A stretch of 32,000 nucleotides of DNA, from NCBI RefSeq assembly GCF_000621645.1, contig NZ_JHXR01000003.1:311670-343669 (forward strand). Direction: 5' to 3'. Below, one piece after another: positions 10,001-16,657 of this stretch; the first letter of the stretch is position 1, and the number at the start of each line of letters is the position of its first letter. The DNA is from Vibrio cholerae ATCC 14035 (GTDB lineage: Bacteria > Pseudomonadota > Gammaproteobacteria > Enterobacterales > Vibrionaceae). The position numbers were made by a program, and so were the translations under genes. The notes below the pieces were generated by a model. It made no database searches. It saw only the letters and a list, made by a program, of their open reading frames with translations, and was not told where the DNA came from.

Positions 10001-11300
10001 ATTTTTAGATGAGGTCAATGAGCAAGCATTTGGTGAGGCTTTTCACTGGCTTTTACTGCGTCATGCTGGGTTACGAACCCACTTTGGCCTAGAAGATGGG
10101 CAGCCTTACCAGCACGTGATCGCAGCCAGCAACATAGAACATTACCAGTGGTTCTGGACGTCTAAAGATAACGCCGCCCAATCCGTGGCCAGACTACTGG
10201 CGCAAGAGGCCGAGCACACCTTTGACCTGAGCCAAGAATTGCCACTTCGACTCAATTTCGTACGTGATGAACAGACGGGGACGCAATATCTTTCACTTCT
10301 GTTCCACCATATTGTGTTGGATGAGTGGTCGATCAATATTTTGATGGATGAATTAGCACAGGTGTATCAACACAGTGTGCAAGGTACTCGTCCACAGTGG
10401 CAAACGGAACCCTTACCTTTCCATGAGTTTGCTCGCAAGCAGCGTTCTTCGGCATTCAATCAAACGCATCTTAACTATTGGTTAACCAAGTTTGCCGGTG
10501 TGCCTTGGGCACAGCCTCTGTTTGCTGCGGATCATCCTTTAAGTAACAGCACTGGCGTCGATCTTGGAGAAGGCGGCTGGGTCGAAATAAAATTGCCGAA
10601 ATCAACCATGGTATCGCTGTATCAATTGGCTAAAGCACGCCATGCTTCGTTGTTTAACGTGATGTATGCGGCGATTTCTGCGTCGGTACATTGTCTCGGC
10701 GCACCAGAAAAGCTGCTGGTTGGCACACCTGCTTCCGGTCGGCTGGATGCCGAGTTTTTCGACACAGTCGGTTATTTCACTACCATGGGCGTTCAGTTGG
10801 TGGATTTCACGAAAGTACAAACGGTGTGGCAACTCATCGAGCAAGTGAAAAACAGCATTAACCAGTCGATGCCATACACAGATATTCCGATTGACCTGAT
10901 TGAAGAAGGGCTCAAAGGTGTTGAGCATGAGACGGAAGGTCACATGTTTGAGGTCTTTATACAACTGCATGCAAAAAATAAGCTGCATGGAGAGCTACTG
11001 TTGACAGAAGGGCATGCGATCCGCTTCCAACAAGTCGATCCCGATAAAAGTGAATCCGGCTTAGGTTTACAGTTTGAAATTTTAGAAGAGAGGATCGAGC
11101 AAAAGCAGACGTTGAGAGTCATGATGAGTTATATGTCGAAACACTATAGCCCAGCTCAAGTCGCTCTGTTGACCAAGGTAACCAGTGGCATGTTTGAGCG
11201 GTTTTCCGATTGTATTGCACAAGATATTGCACTGCCGACGCTGAAAAAGCAGGTGAGGCAGCTTGAAGATGAAGCTTGTCGCTCTCCGTCCATGGGGTAG
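4047..11300 (+). CDS. vibF: Vibriobactin nonribosomal peptide synthetase, six domains Cy1-Cy2-A-C1-PCP-C2
   Basis: 2,417-codon ORF from GTG 4047 (SD-like AAAGGGA 7 nt upstream). An ATG at 4059 would give 2,413 aa, the size I recall for VibF. Cy signature DxxxxD occurs twice (DMIACD at 4455-4472; DALIVDG at 5826-5846). Adenylation cores are LYTSGTTGKPK (~7195-7227), GDQGYYRADGNIIF and NGKVDRK. The carrier motif FFDFGGHS has its Ser codon at 9729-9731. The C-terminal condensation His-motif is HHIVLDE (10305-10325). Confidence 0.95.
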   Translation: MGLKMKEMTAMQAAYWLGRQHDCLLDGVAAHLYAEFDGQALNRQALTEAVRALYAKHPMLRLAITKDGQQKILPLSTFHQLKVDDLSQWKPDEVESFVHTKRQRMTHQMLDLTQGNPIEISLTLLPEGKHRLHIDADMIACDAQSFRLLVDDLTSLYLEAIEHRLEIIESDVVTFFQYLDAQQADRALAKRKEVDKKWWQERLATIPAEPSLPYQPVPTDAVSANSQRFAHWFTPVERKGLAEVARQHHLTLTQLTLALFSQVIANACQERQFRLNVPTFHRGNRSLDIEHTIGDFSNLLIFSADVGTTQTLLSLCQQTANQLHQLLRHESYSGVSVMRDLSRKQGGVQRSPIVFTSGMEMRDEEIFSDHVTQHLGRMNWVISQGAQVTLDAQIAPAYEGILLNWDVRMENFADKDITALFAHYVDLIRCVALHPEMMQQSVQQIDAQLGYARRESIQEMPLTPLQQAYLLGRSTQIALGGVAMHEFREYRGHIDTQSLHSRLLYLVEHIPALRTRIDQEKWIQWVSPCIALNWQAIDLQHLSREQALLAVEPVRQQYQQRMHDLTRSPWQICVVQLPIEEQEEFSSIVLTSFDALIVDGRTHALILAALLGSEEPDITQVVQNARDTQSISPQFASKKAQDEAYWKSKLHPDCPPPALPWKQALETITTSRYARESLQIPKESVGKLNRCGIENGLFLNSLLTATILDVLSYWTTEIGMRVGFPVLIPSSNAIDGNESSFVILEHEKSTLSLLSQASKLQREMLEALEHLAFSGVDLNRLLMNQAPQALVLPVVLTNGLSWKTLNPEDAVTLFDGVTQTPQVALDIRLTYDEQKNLIISFDYALAVLETELIREMLSALHHRLSQITSSASLAAPLEPCIDLSHYRFNSDESASHDCDFLAKLAQQLFVRTEDKTAVICGEQTLSYAQLGEQVQRVMWQLKARGLTTGNVLAICLPRSVEHIVISLASALSGIIWVPIDAASPKERLNYLLENCHADLVVMDKPCEFGNVIAFDALIEPVLFADGVPDVTPLDQLSRLSQSQQTAYYLYTSGTTGKPKCVVVNNQATSNVIGQTGQAWHLTSEDVVMSVTPLHHDMSVFDLFATLSFGATLVLPAGHEEKDALQWNRLIERHQVTIWVSVPAILEMLLSCTQAGQLHSLRLIAQGGDYIKPATIAQLRAGSNPPRLISLGGPTETTIWSIWHELTADDVSVIPYGRPLAGNRYFIMDEIQRHVPQGVVGRIFTSGVNLAQGYLEDGELKQTDFVTVLDEHGHPVRAFRTGDQGYYRADGNIIFASRINGYVKVRGVRVSLPDIEKQLQTHPALASVVVVDYADTNGDTALAALFSVKPQQSASSQALREFAKQSLPSSHIPSRFIALEALPLSANGKVDRKQCQAHVQRQSISVEPVGQPNQSQPLSPPTLSSASLSEFEQRVWRQHQRHGDGRNQYATAYRLSGKVNIARLITALSQLPNHFPVLNRRYVLDEASGLTLYSAKPTPLEIHFEHVESMDEAFEHLVRWQNQPMDLAKQATLSFCLLSLGSEERVLGVISHQIISEQWDWRRVFECVTNGYNQIACDIDPVMEGEDLSLGFTPVMPQTPLSQALLPWLQPASHATWIEQSLPSANSAINTLCSRKYRIALHSSVLAEHGLAQPDKQEVLALIAALFARYLAASAKLGQFELYVPHDVERKTRELNGSMIESQLVHIALKGFERPLSQLSQEILDAMRQPLTGGVASETHASAAALVTWLVDPSVHLQLEGLRCEKLLFAAMHPKFEVALGVGLNCQGALVLELALDATVSPHVGAYLLEQFVAAIGGRTMPSSTTSSSHVSAIELTSNNPPTSNNAHAALAESELELSAVNSSAVEECILAEFRSALGVAEMTAEDDFFDFGGHSLIATRVIGRLLSEQGIELHINDMFSFPNAKQLAQQAVLHRKPTSTSFAVSEVVESSKAPLSLAQASLWKAMSKYAKFGLTHIFNLPFALKFLDEVNEQAFGEAFHWLLLRHAGLRTHFGLEDGQPYQHVIAASNIEHYQWFWTSKDNAAQSVARLLAQEAEHTFDLSQELPLRLNFVRDEQTGTQYLSLLFHHIVLDEWSINILMDELAQVYQHSVQGTRPQWQTEPLPFHEFARKQRSSAFNQTHLNYWLTKFAGVPWAQPLFAADHPLSNSTGVDLGEGGWVEIKLPKSTMVSLYQLAKARHASLFNVMYAAISASVHCLGAPEKLLVGTPASGRLDAEFFDTVGYFTTMGVQLVDFTKVQTVWQLIEQVKNSINQSMPYTDIPIDLIEEGLKGVEHETEGHMFEVFIQLHAKNKLHGELLLTEGHAIRFQQVDPDKSESGLGLQFEILEERIEQKQTLRVMMSYMSKHYSPAQVALLTKVTSGMFERFSDCIAQDIALPTLKKQVRQLEDEACRSPSMG
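4068..5400 (+). other. VibF Cy1 (heterocyclisation) domain, approximate bounds
   Basis: It starts with MTAMQAAYWLGRQ (a Cy N-terminal core-like motif) and contains DMIACD in place of HHxxxDG. Confidence 0.6.
5424..6690 (+). other. VibF Cy2 (heterocyclisation) domain, approximate bounds
   Basis: It starts with MPLTPLQQAYLLGRS, a second copy of the Cy N-terminal core, and contains FDALIVDG. Confidence 0.6.
6740..8230 (+). other. VibF adenylation domain, approximate bounds
   Basis: LSYAQLGEQ, LYTSGTTGKPK, GGPTETT, YRTGDQGYY and NGKVDRK core motifs occur in the canonical order. Confidence 0.7.
8330..9500 (+). other. VibF C1 condensation-like domain with degenerate active-site motif
   Basis: It has condensation-domain length and placement, but the HHxxxDG position reads SHQIISEQW (8694-8720). 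Confidence 0.55.
9640..9840 (+). other. VibF peptidyl carrier (PCP) domain
   Basis: Contains EDDFFDFGGHSLIATRVIGRL. It is preceded by a low-complexity Ser/Thr/Asn linker (SSTTSSSHVSAIELTSNNPPTSNN). Confidence 0.8.
9903..11297 (+). other. VibF C2 condensation domain
   Basis: Starts with APLSLAQASLW and carries the intact His motif HHIVLDEWS. Confidence 0.7.
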
Positions 11301-11376
11301 TGTTTTTGTGTCGTGACTCGATATCGTAGTGGTAGGGAATAGGGGGCGAAGGGCGATATTGGCTCCCCCTTTATGA

Positions 11377-11414
11377 CAAGCCCTGAAGTGCCAGTCGTGG
11401 CAGTTCAGGGCTTG
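11377..11414. terminator. Long hairpin between convergent vibF and flgT (bidirectional terminator candidate)
   Basis: caagccctgaagtgcca-gtcg-tggcagttcagggcttg forms a 17-bp stem with one mismatch and a 4-nt loop. There is no strong T-run on either side. Confidence 0.5.
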
Positions 11415-11429
11415 AACTTGATGATTGAG

Positions 11430-12563
11430 CTACATCTGCTTGTGCATCACATCGCCGATTTGAATACTGTAGGCGAGCTCAGGTTGATCCACGGTTAATT
11501 CCGCTTCGTGTTCATATACACGAGACACGGTAAGCGTAATCTCACTTTGTGTGACTTTGTTACGCGGCAACCCTTGTTGGTCGATAAAGGCTCCGGTGTG
11601 CCAGAGGCTGAGCTTGTCACCTTGTTTAACACCGTGAATACGACCGAGATCCATGGTGGCTGTGGTTCCAAATTTCGCCACAATTTGCGGTAACGTGATC
11701 TTACAAGAAATTTCCGATTCAAGGTCGAGCATAATGTTGCGGCTCACCCGCAGCATCATTTCACCATAAGTCGATGCCCAGAAACGTGCACTACGCGTAT
11801 CAATTTGGCTGGTTTTAGGAAACGGCCAGCGCGCAACTTCACGGTAAGTGCGTGTCATCACTTCATTGCCTGTTTTTCCATCAAACACACTGATTTCCAT
11901 CGCAAACTGGCGATTGATGATGTCATCTTGCAGCGTTTTTTGCTCTATGGTGGCGGTTAAATCAGTGATCATGCCGCCCATGATGTACTGCGCTCCAGCA
12001 TCTTGCGCGATCATCTTGATCCGCTCCGGCGCTTTAGGGTCAATATCGTATTGGGTTGTGCCGACCGAGACAAAGCTGCGAGATTCTTGCTCTAAGCGAC
12101 GATTAATCACCTGCGCAAAATCATCACCGACCTGATAGATCTGTCCCATCACTGCTTGCTGAGGTGAGGCCAGATCAATATTGCCGATCAACATGGTTTT
12201 TTTGTATTGCTCAACGTGGCAAGCCGTTGCCGATGGGTAAATATCAATGCGGGTGCGCACGTACATCACATTGTTAATCGCTTTGCGTTCTTCAATCAGG
12301 ATGTAGCGTACCTCATGGTTAGCAAACAGGTATTCTCGACGATCAGACTCCAAGAGCGGCATCAAATTGCTAATGCTGCCAATATCTGCCCCGGCAAAAT
12401 TTACCGCTTTATACAGCGCATCTTCTAAGGCGTGTAAGCGGGCGACCTCTTCGGAAGAAACAATAGCGGCAGAGCCTGTCACTTCATACCAAGCTGCATG
12501 AGCCGATGGAAGTTGAAGCATCATCCAAAGTGCTGAAATGATAGATAAAATATTTTTTTTCAT
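11430..12563 (-). CDS. flgT: Flagellar H-ring / outer-membrane-associated basal-body protein FlgT
   Basis: 377-aa ORF with signal peptide MKKNILSIISALWMMLQLPSAHA/A. Its size and its position next to flgOP match the Vibrio-specific flgT. Confidence 0.85.
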   Translation of the reverse strand: MKKNILSIISALWMMLQLPSAHAAWYEVTGSAAIVSSEEVARLHALEDALYKAVNFAGADIGSISNLMPLLESDRREYLFANHEVRYILIEERKAINNVMYVRTRIDIYPSATACHVEQYKKTMLIGNIDLASPQQAVMGQIYQVGDDFAQVINRRLEQESRSFVSVGTTQYDIDPKAPERIKMIAQDAGAQYIMGGMITDLTATIEQKTLQDDIINRQFAMEISVFDGKTGNEVMTRTYREVARWPFPKTSQIDTRSARFWASTYGEMMLRVSRNIMLDLESEISCKITLPQIVAKFGTTATMDLGRIHGVKQGDKLSLWHTGAFIDQQGLPRNKVTQSEITLTVSRVYEHEAELTVDQPELAYSIQIGDVMHKQM

Positions 12564-12578
12564 CGTAAGGTCCCAAGT

Positions 12579-12594
12579 GGGTATAAATTTTGCT
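12579..12594 (+). promoter_or_regulatory. Weak sigma54-type -24/-12 candidate for flgOP
   Basis: GGGTAT-aaatt-TTGCT has GG and GC at the canonical 10-nt separation, but the -24 hexamer is only 3/6. Confidence 0.3.
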
Positions 12595-12651
12595 TTTCAA
12601 ATCCTAACTGATGTAGGCATTGCAATTCTGAATCAATAACCGTTTAAGAAA

Positions 12652-12667
12652 AGCAAGGAGCGTTCCA
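12652..12667 (-). promoter_or_regulatory. sigma54-type -24/-12 promoter candidate for flgT
   Basis: The minus strand reads TGGAAC-gctcc-TTGCT (consensus TGGCAC-N5-TTGCW). It lies ~90 nt upstream of the flgT ATG. Confidence 0.5.
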
Positions 12668-12690
12668 GTTTAATCGAGTGAGAAGCTGAA

Positions 12691-13359
12691 ATGCGCGCCA
12701 TAGTATATCTGGAGATGAAGAGAATGAAAAAATGGCTTTCCTTAGTACCCGTCGTTTTACTGACTTCGTGTGCATACGCCCCGATTTATAACGGCAAAGA
12801 GCCATACAATGGTTCACAGTTTATGTTGATGGAGAGTCCTCGTCACACATTGGATTTCTTTGTTGAGAGCATGACGGAAGATTTGATGCTCTCGAATACC
12901 AGCATTACTGCTCGTACGCCAATTGCGGTGACCTCGTTTGTCGATCTGCAAAATATGGATACCACTAACTGGCTCGGTAATTCGGTCTCGGAAGGATTCA
13001 TTCACCAGTTTCAGCGCCGTGGATTCAAAGTGGTGGATTTTAAAACCACAGGTTCAATCCAAGTGACGCAGCAGGGGGATTTTGCCTTTAGCCGCGACTG
13101 GAAAAACCTTTCTTCAGAGCAAGAAGTCCAGTACGTACTGACAGGGACTATGCTGCGCCAAGAAGGCGGGGTGATAGTGAATGCTCGTGTAGTTGGCATG
13201 CACTCACGAATTGTTGTGGCCACGGCACAAGGTTTCTTGCCTGCCGATCGTATCGGCCGAGATTTGGATACGCTCAACAGTATCCGTACCCAAGATGGAG
13301 TGTTGATCCGCTCAGATCCAACCATCACTCAGCCGTACACCGTGATTTTACGTCCATAG
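12691..13359 (+). CDS. flgO: Flagellar outer-membrane lipoprotein FlgO
   Basis: 222-aa ORF. The real start is probably the internal Met at 12715 or 12724 (MKRMKKWLSLVPVVLLTSC, lipobox LLTSC). It is translationally close-coupled to flgP (7-nt gap). Confidence 0.82.
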   Translation: MRAIVYLEMKRMKKWLSLVPVVLLTSCAYAPIYNGKEPYNGSQFMLMESPRHTLDFFVESMTEDLMLSNTSITARTPIAVTSFVDLQNMDTTNWLGNSVSEGFIHQFQRRGFKVVDFKTTGSIQVTQQGDFAFSRDWKNLSSEQEVQYVLTGTMLRQEGGVIVNARVVGMHSRIVVATAQGFLPADRIGRDLDTLNSIRTQDGVLIRSDPTITQPYTVILRP

Positions 13360-13366
13360 GAGAACG

Positions 13367-13804
13367 ATGATGAAATCTAGCTTACTACTCCTAGTGGCAG
13401 CCTTAATGATGACGGGATGCCAACCCTTGCAAAGCATGCGCCCTGATGATTGGTTAACGGCGGTTGGCTATGCCAATATCAGCGAGCAGAGAGGGCGTGA
13501 TGAGGCCGAGAAGCAAGTGCGTGCGATGCGTGCTTCTAAAATTGATGCTTACCGCGAGCTTGCTGAGCAGGTGTATGGTATGCGCATCAGTGGTCGTGCT
13601 GAGTTACAAGATCAACGTCTTGGTACAGAGTGGACGGCAGGTGCGGTCGATGGTGTGATTCGCGGTGCTGAAGTGGTACGCAGTTATAAGGTTGGGGACA
13701 GCTATGTCACTGAACTGAGACTTGATATTCGCAAGATGGACAAGATGCGTGATTACGGGGAAGTTCAACAAGTTCCCGAAAAACGACAAATGACCCTATT
13801 CTAG
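13367..13804 (+). CDS. flgP: Flagellar basal-disk lipoprotein FlgP
   Basis: 145-aa ORF with lipoprotein signal MMKSSLLLLVAALMMTGC. Its size and context match Vibrio/Campylobacter FlgP. Confidence 0.85.
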   Translation: MMKSSLLLLVAALMMTGCQPLQSMRPDDWLTAVGYANISEQRGRDEAEKQVRAMRASKIDAYRELAEQVYGMRISGRAELQDQRLGTEWTAGAVDGVIRGAEVVRSYKVGDSYVTELRLDIRKMDKMRDYGEVQQVPEKRQMTLF

Positions 13805-13832
13805 CGCTCACCTCTTCATCTCCCAGAACGTC

Positions 13833-13859
13833 AAAAGCGGCAATGATTGCCGCTTTTTT
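13833..13859. terminator. Bidirectional rho-independent terminator between flgP and flgN
   Basis: aaaaGCGGCAA-tga-TTGCCGCtttttt. The A-run 5' and T-run 3' let it serve both convergent units. Confidence 0.8.
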
Positions 13860-13913
13860 GCTTGTTAAGTCTTACTGATTTGTTTGAGTGCTTCGCTTTA
13901 AGAGACTCTCTCA

Positions 13914-14345
13914 TCATGCTTTGATATTGGTACCCAAGGTTGAAATAGTATGGGTTTTCCCGGTCGCGCTGTAAGTCATACCAATCTTGCCATGACTTTG
14001 TTGCATCAGGTTATTGAGTTTATTGAAGCTCAATTGCGCGCGGGCCAAAGCATCGCCATTAATCAGGTTGGCTTGCTGGCAATCCATGATAATACTGCGG
14101 ATTTGACTCACCAACTCATTGAGATAAGTATCTTCAGTCAGGCTCGCGACATGCGGATGTTTCGCAATGCGTTGGTCAGTTTGCTGTAATTGATTGACTA
14201 AGGTGAGTTTCTGTTTAGCAATGGATTCGATATCGACAGAGATTCGGCTGGTGATCGCAACTTTCTCCGCTTCGAGTACGGTCACGAGTTCTTGCGCATT
14301 TTTCAGTTGAAACTCAACCAAGTCTTTTAATGCTGCCATCGCCAA
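13914..14345 (-). CDS. flgN: Flagellar export chaperone for FlgK/FlgL
   Basis: 143-aa helical acidic/Gln-rich ORF downstream of flgM on the same strand, the canonical flgMN arrangement. Confidence 0.85.
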   Translation of the reverse strand: MAMAALKDLVEFQLKNAQELVTVLEAEKVAITSRISVDIESIAKQKLTLVNQLQQTDQRIAKHPHVASLTEDTYLNELVSQIRSIIMDCQQANLINGDALARAQLSFNKLNNLMQQSHGKIGMTYSATGKTHTISTLGTNIKA

Positions 14346-14442
14346 ATCGCCTATACATTACAGTGGGATCATCATTCTTTGTTCGTCACTTTTTCGTTAT
14401 AACAACATACTCGTCGGTGACGCACGCTGGGGACACGTTAGG

Positions 14443-14766
14443 TTAGAAGCCGCCCAGTTCTTTTTCGAATTTGATCATATTATCGGCCAGTTTTTCAGGG
14501 TCAACCACGTAAGAGCCGTTAGCAATCGCTTCTTTGATTGCGGCGACTTTTGCGCTGTCAAAACTGGGTCTTGAAGCCATTTCACTATGCATTTCGCCAA
14601 TGGCTTTACTTTGTGAGCTCAGCGATACCGCATCTTGACCACTTGCCGATGAGCGCGATACCGCCCCGGATTGAGTGGAAGAGTTGCTGGCATCAGAAGA
14701 ACGCACATTGGTGCGGCTGGTCGTGTTTAACGACTGTCCTGCGCGTATGTTATCAATACCTGCCAT
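14443..14766 (-). CDS. flgM: Anti-sigma-28 factor FlgM
   Basis: 107-aa ORF with a Ser/Thr-rich disordered N-terminus and the conserved C-terminal segment KVAAIKEAIANGSYVVDPEKLADNMIKFE. Confidence 0.9.
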   Translation of the reverse strand: MAGIDNIRAGQSLNTTSRTNVRSSDASNSSTQSGAVSRSSASGQDAVSLSSQSKAIGEMHSEMASRPSFDSAKVAAIKEAIANGSYVVDPEKLADNMIKFEKELGGF

Positions 14767-14804
14767 AAATGAGCCTTTTCAATAAACTTTAACGTGTACT
14801 GTCA

Positions 14805-14831
14805 ATATCGACCACACAGGTCGAAACTTTA
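14805..14831 (-). promoter_or_regulatory. sigma28 (FliA) promoter of flgMN
   Basis: The minus strand reads TAAAGTTT-N11-GTCGATAT (consensus TAAAGTTT-N11-GCCGATAA): a perfect -35, exact spacing and a 6/8 -10. It lies ~38 nt upstream of the flgM ATG. Confidence 0.75.
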
Positions 14832-14896
14832 GCGACTTTTTTAACCAAACAGAAAATCACTTGGCACCAGTTTTTCTGATAAGCAAGGTAGAGCTA

Positions 14897-15664
14897 TCAA
14901 AACGCGACGGTGACCTCACCAACACCACTGACTTGCGCATCAATTATACGGTTAGATTTGTCATTTTTCACTTTTATCTGCTCTCCCACGACACCATCGG
15001 ACATCGCCGTCCCTTTGGTTGTGATCGACATACCAGATTTTCCCGCTCGGATGACAACACTTTCATTTCGACACACGATGCACACATCGTTCTGTTCAAT
15101 CACATCACCCACACGAATATTTTTTTTGATTTTTGCACCAATCACGTTTTCAGGAGTGGAAAAACCTTGCCGCCGGAAACGCAGCAGGTCTACCATACTT
15201 AACGTAACATCTTGTGCGGAAATCATTTGTCCCCGACTTAATGGGGTTGCCGCAGTGATGAGTGGGATAGTGATCGTCAGACGAACCGGCACATAAACAC
15301 GCCAGTTATCCGGTTTACACTCCACCAATACGGTGATGTTGGCCGCAGAACCATTGCTGGATGATGAATTTGTTGTGAGAGGTTCCGGACAATCGGTCGC
15401 GAATAGACGATCGTCTATATTGGCAGCATTGACCACTAACTCACCGCCAGCAGGCATATCCACCGTGCTCAGCACATGATTTTCGGCGGCTTCTTTGATC
15501 ATTGAAAGCTGTTCCGGCGTGGCTGCATTGGCCGCTAGACTAAAGAAAAATAATAAAAAGCCGATAAAGCTATAAAATATTTCACAGAAAGCTCTACACT
15601 TAGTTATGAAATGCGAATGGAGATCGATCTTCGGATGCATTTTTCGTTTCTCTGGTTTCTTCAT
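14897..15664 (-). CDS. flgA: Flagellar P-ring assembly chaperone FlgA
   Basis: 255-aa ORF (alternative start Met9 at 15640) with a hydrophobic signal sequence ...FIGFLLFFFSLAANA/A and the SAF-like C-terminal half typical of FlgA. It sits upstream of flgMN, as in other gamma-proteobacteria. Confidence 0.85.
   Translation of the reverse strand: MKKPEKRKMHPKIDLHSHFITKCRAFCEIFYSFIGFLLFFFSLAANAATPEQLSMIKEAAENHVLSTVDMPAGGELVVNAANIDDRLFATDCPEPLTTNSSSSNGSAANITVLVECKPDNWRVYVPVRLTITIPLITAATPLSRGQMISAQDVTLSMVDLLRFRRQGFSTPENVIGAKIKKNIRVGDVIEQNDVCIVCRNESVVIRAGKSGMSITTKGTAMSDGVVGEQIKVKNDKSNRIIDAQVSGVGEVTVAF
15541..15567 (+). promoter_or_regulatory. sigma28 (FliA) promoter for cheV-cheR, embedded antisense in flgA coding sequence
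   Basis: TAAAGAAA-N11-GCCGATAA has a perfect -10 octamer, a TAAAG -35 and exact 11-nt spacing. It lies ~150 nt upstream of the cheV ATG. Confidence 0.7.
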
Positions 15665-15720
15665 AGCCTGTAGTAGACTATCACTTTTTTTGGATAAAAG
15701 TTTGAGATGGAGATGAGCTT

Positions 15721-16647
15721 ATGACGGGTATTCTTGATTCTGTGAATCAGCGTACGCAACTCGTCGGTCAAAACCGATTAGAACTATTAACTTTCCGTCT
15801 TAACGGCCGTCAACGATACGGTATTAACGTTTTCAAAGTTAAAGAAGTCCTGCAATGTCCTAAATTGACCTCAATGCCTAATTTGCACCGCTTAGTAAAA
15901 GGGGTTGCCCATATTCGTGGTCAAACGGTCTCTGTGATTGACATGAGCCTTGCCGTTGGTGGTCGTCCGACGACGGACGTGGATAAAAGTTTCGTGGTCA
16001 TCGCGGAATTTAACCGTACTATTCAAGCATTTCTGGTGAGCTCGGTTGAGCGTATCATTAACATGCGTTGGGAAGCGATATTACCGCCTCCGAATGGGAC
16101 TGGGAAAAGTAACTATTTGACGGCTGTGACCAATATTGATAATGAATTGGTTGAGATCATCGACGTTGAAAAGATCTTGGCTGAAATCACGCCAGTTAAC
16201 GAAGATATGGACAGCTCAATTGGTGAACAAATAGCCCAAGTTGAGCAGGAAAAAGAGTTTGTTCGTCGCATTTTGATTGCGGACGACTCCAGCGTGGCAC
16301 GCAAACAGGTGCAACGCGCCATTGAGTCTATCGGTTTTGAAGTCGTTACCACGAAAGATGGTAAAGATGCTTACGAAAAATTACTGGAAATGCTCAGTGA
16401 AGGGCCAATCAGTAATCAAATATCTTTGGTTATCTCCGATATTGAAATGCCAGAGATGGATGGCTATACCTTGACTGCGGAAATCCGTCGTCATAACGAG
16501 CTCAAAGATCTTTATGTTATTTTGCACTCTTCATTGAGTGGCGTGTTCAACCAAGCCATGGTTGAGAGAGTTGGGGCAAATGCGTTTATTGCGAAATTTA
16601 ACCCTGATGAGCTTGGTAATGCGGTGAAAGCTGCGCTAGTTAAATAA
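15721..16647 (+). CDS. cheV: Chemotaxis coupling protein CheV (CheW-like domain + receiver domain)
   Basis: 308-aa ORF. The N-terminal CheW-like region reads LLTFRLNGRQRYGINVFKVKEV. The C-terminal REC domain reads ILIADDSSVARK...VISDIEMPEMDG...AKF. Confidence 0.92.
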   Translation: MTGILDSVNQRTQLVGQNRLELLTFRLNGRQRYGINVFKVKEVLQCPKLTSMPNLHRLVKGVAHIRGQTVSVIDMSLAVGGRPTTDVDKSFVVIAEFNRTIQAFLVSSVERIINMRWEAILPPPNGTGKSNYLTAVTNIDNELVEIIDVEKILAEITPVNEDMDSSIGEQIAQVEQEKEFVRRILIADDSSVARKQVQRAIESIGFEVVTTKDGKDAYEKLLEMLSEGPISNQISLVISDIEMPEMDGYTLTAEIRRHNELKDLYVILHSSLSGVFNQAMVERVGANAFIAKFNPDELGNAVKAALVK

Positions 16648-16657
16648 AGAGAATTGA

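Noticed and set aside
12615-12630. AGGCAT-tgcaa-TTCTg sigma54-like string in the flgT/flgO intergenic region
   Set aside because: The -12 position has TC rather than GC. The two other candidates listed as features fit better.
13833-13859. The flgP/flgN terminator stem uses the same AGCGGCAA/TTGCCGCT half-sites as the repeat upstream of flaA; I considered a shared regulatory motif
   Set aside because: Here the inverted repeat has a 3-nt loop and is flanked by A- and T-runs between convergent genes, which is fully explained as an intrinsic terminator. I cannot exclude chance resemblance between short GC-rich stems, so I did not call it a binding site.
14861-15296. Plus-strand ORFs (113 and 128 aa) and a TGGCAC-cagtt-TTTC sigma54-like string at 14862-14877
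   Set aside because: The ORFs are antisense to flgA. The sigma54-like string lacks the -12 GC and points into the flgA antisense strand with no gene to drive.
15665-15720. TGGATA-aaagt-TTGA and TAAAAGTTT strings in the flgA-cheV gap as possible cheV promoters
   Set aside because: They lie too close to the cheV ATG (under 30 nt) and lack the -12 GC or any GCCGATAA-like -10. The 15541-15567 element is far stronger.
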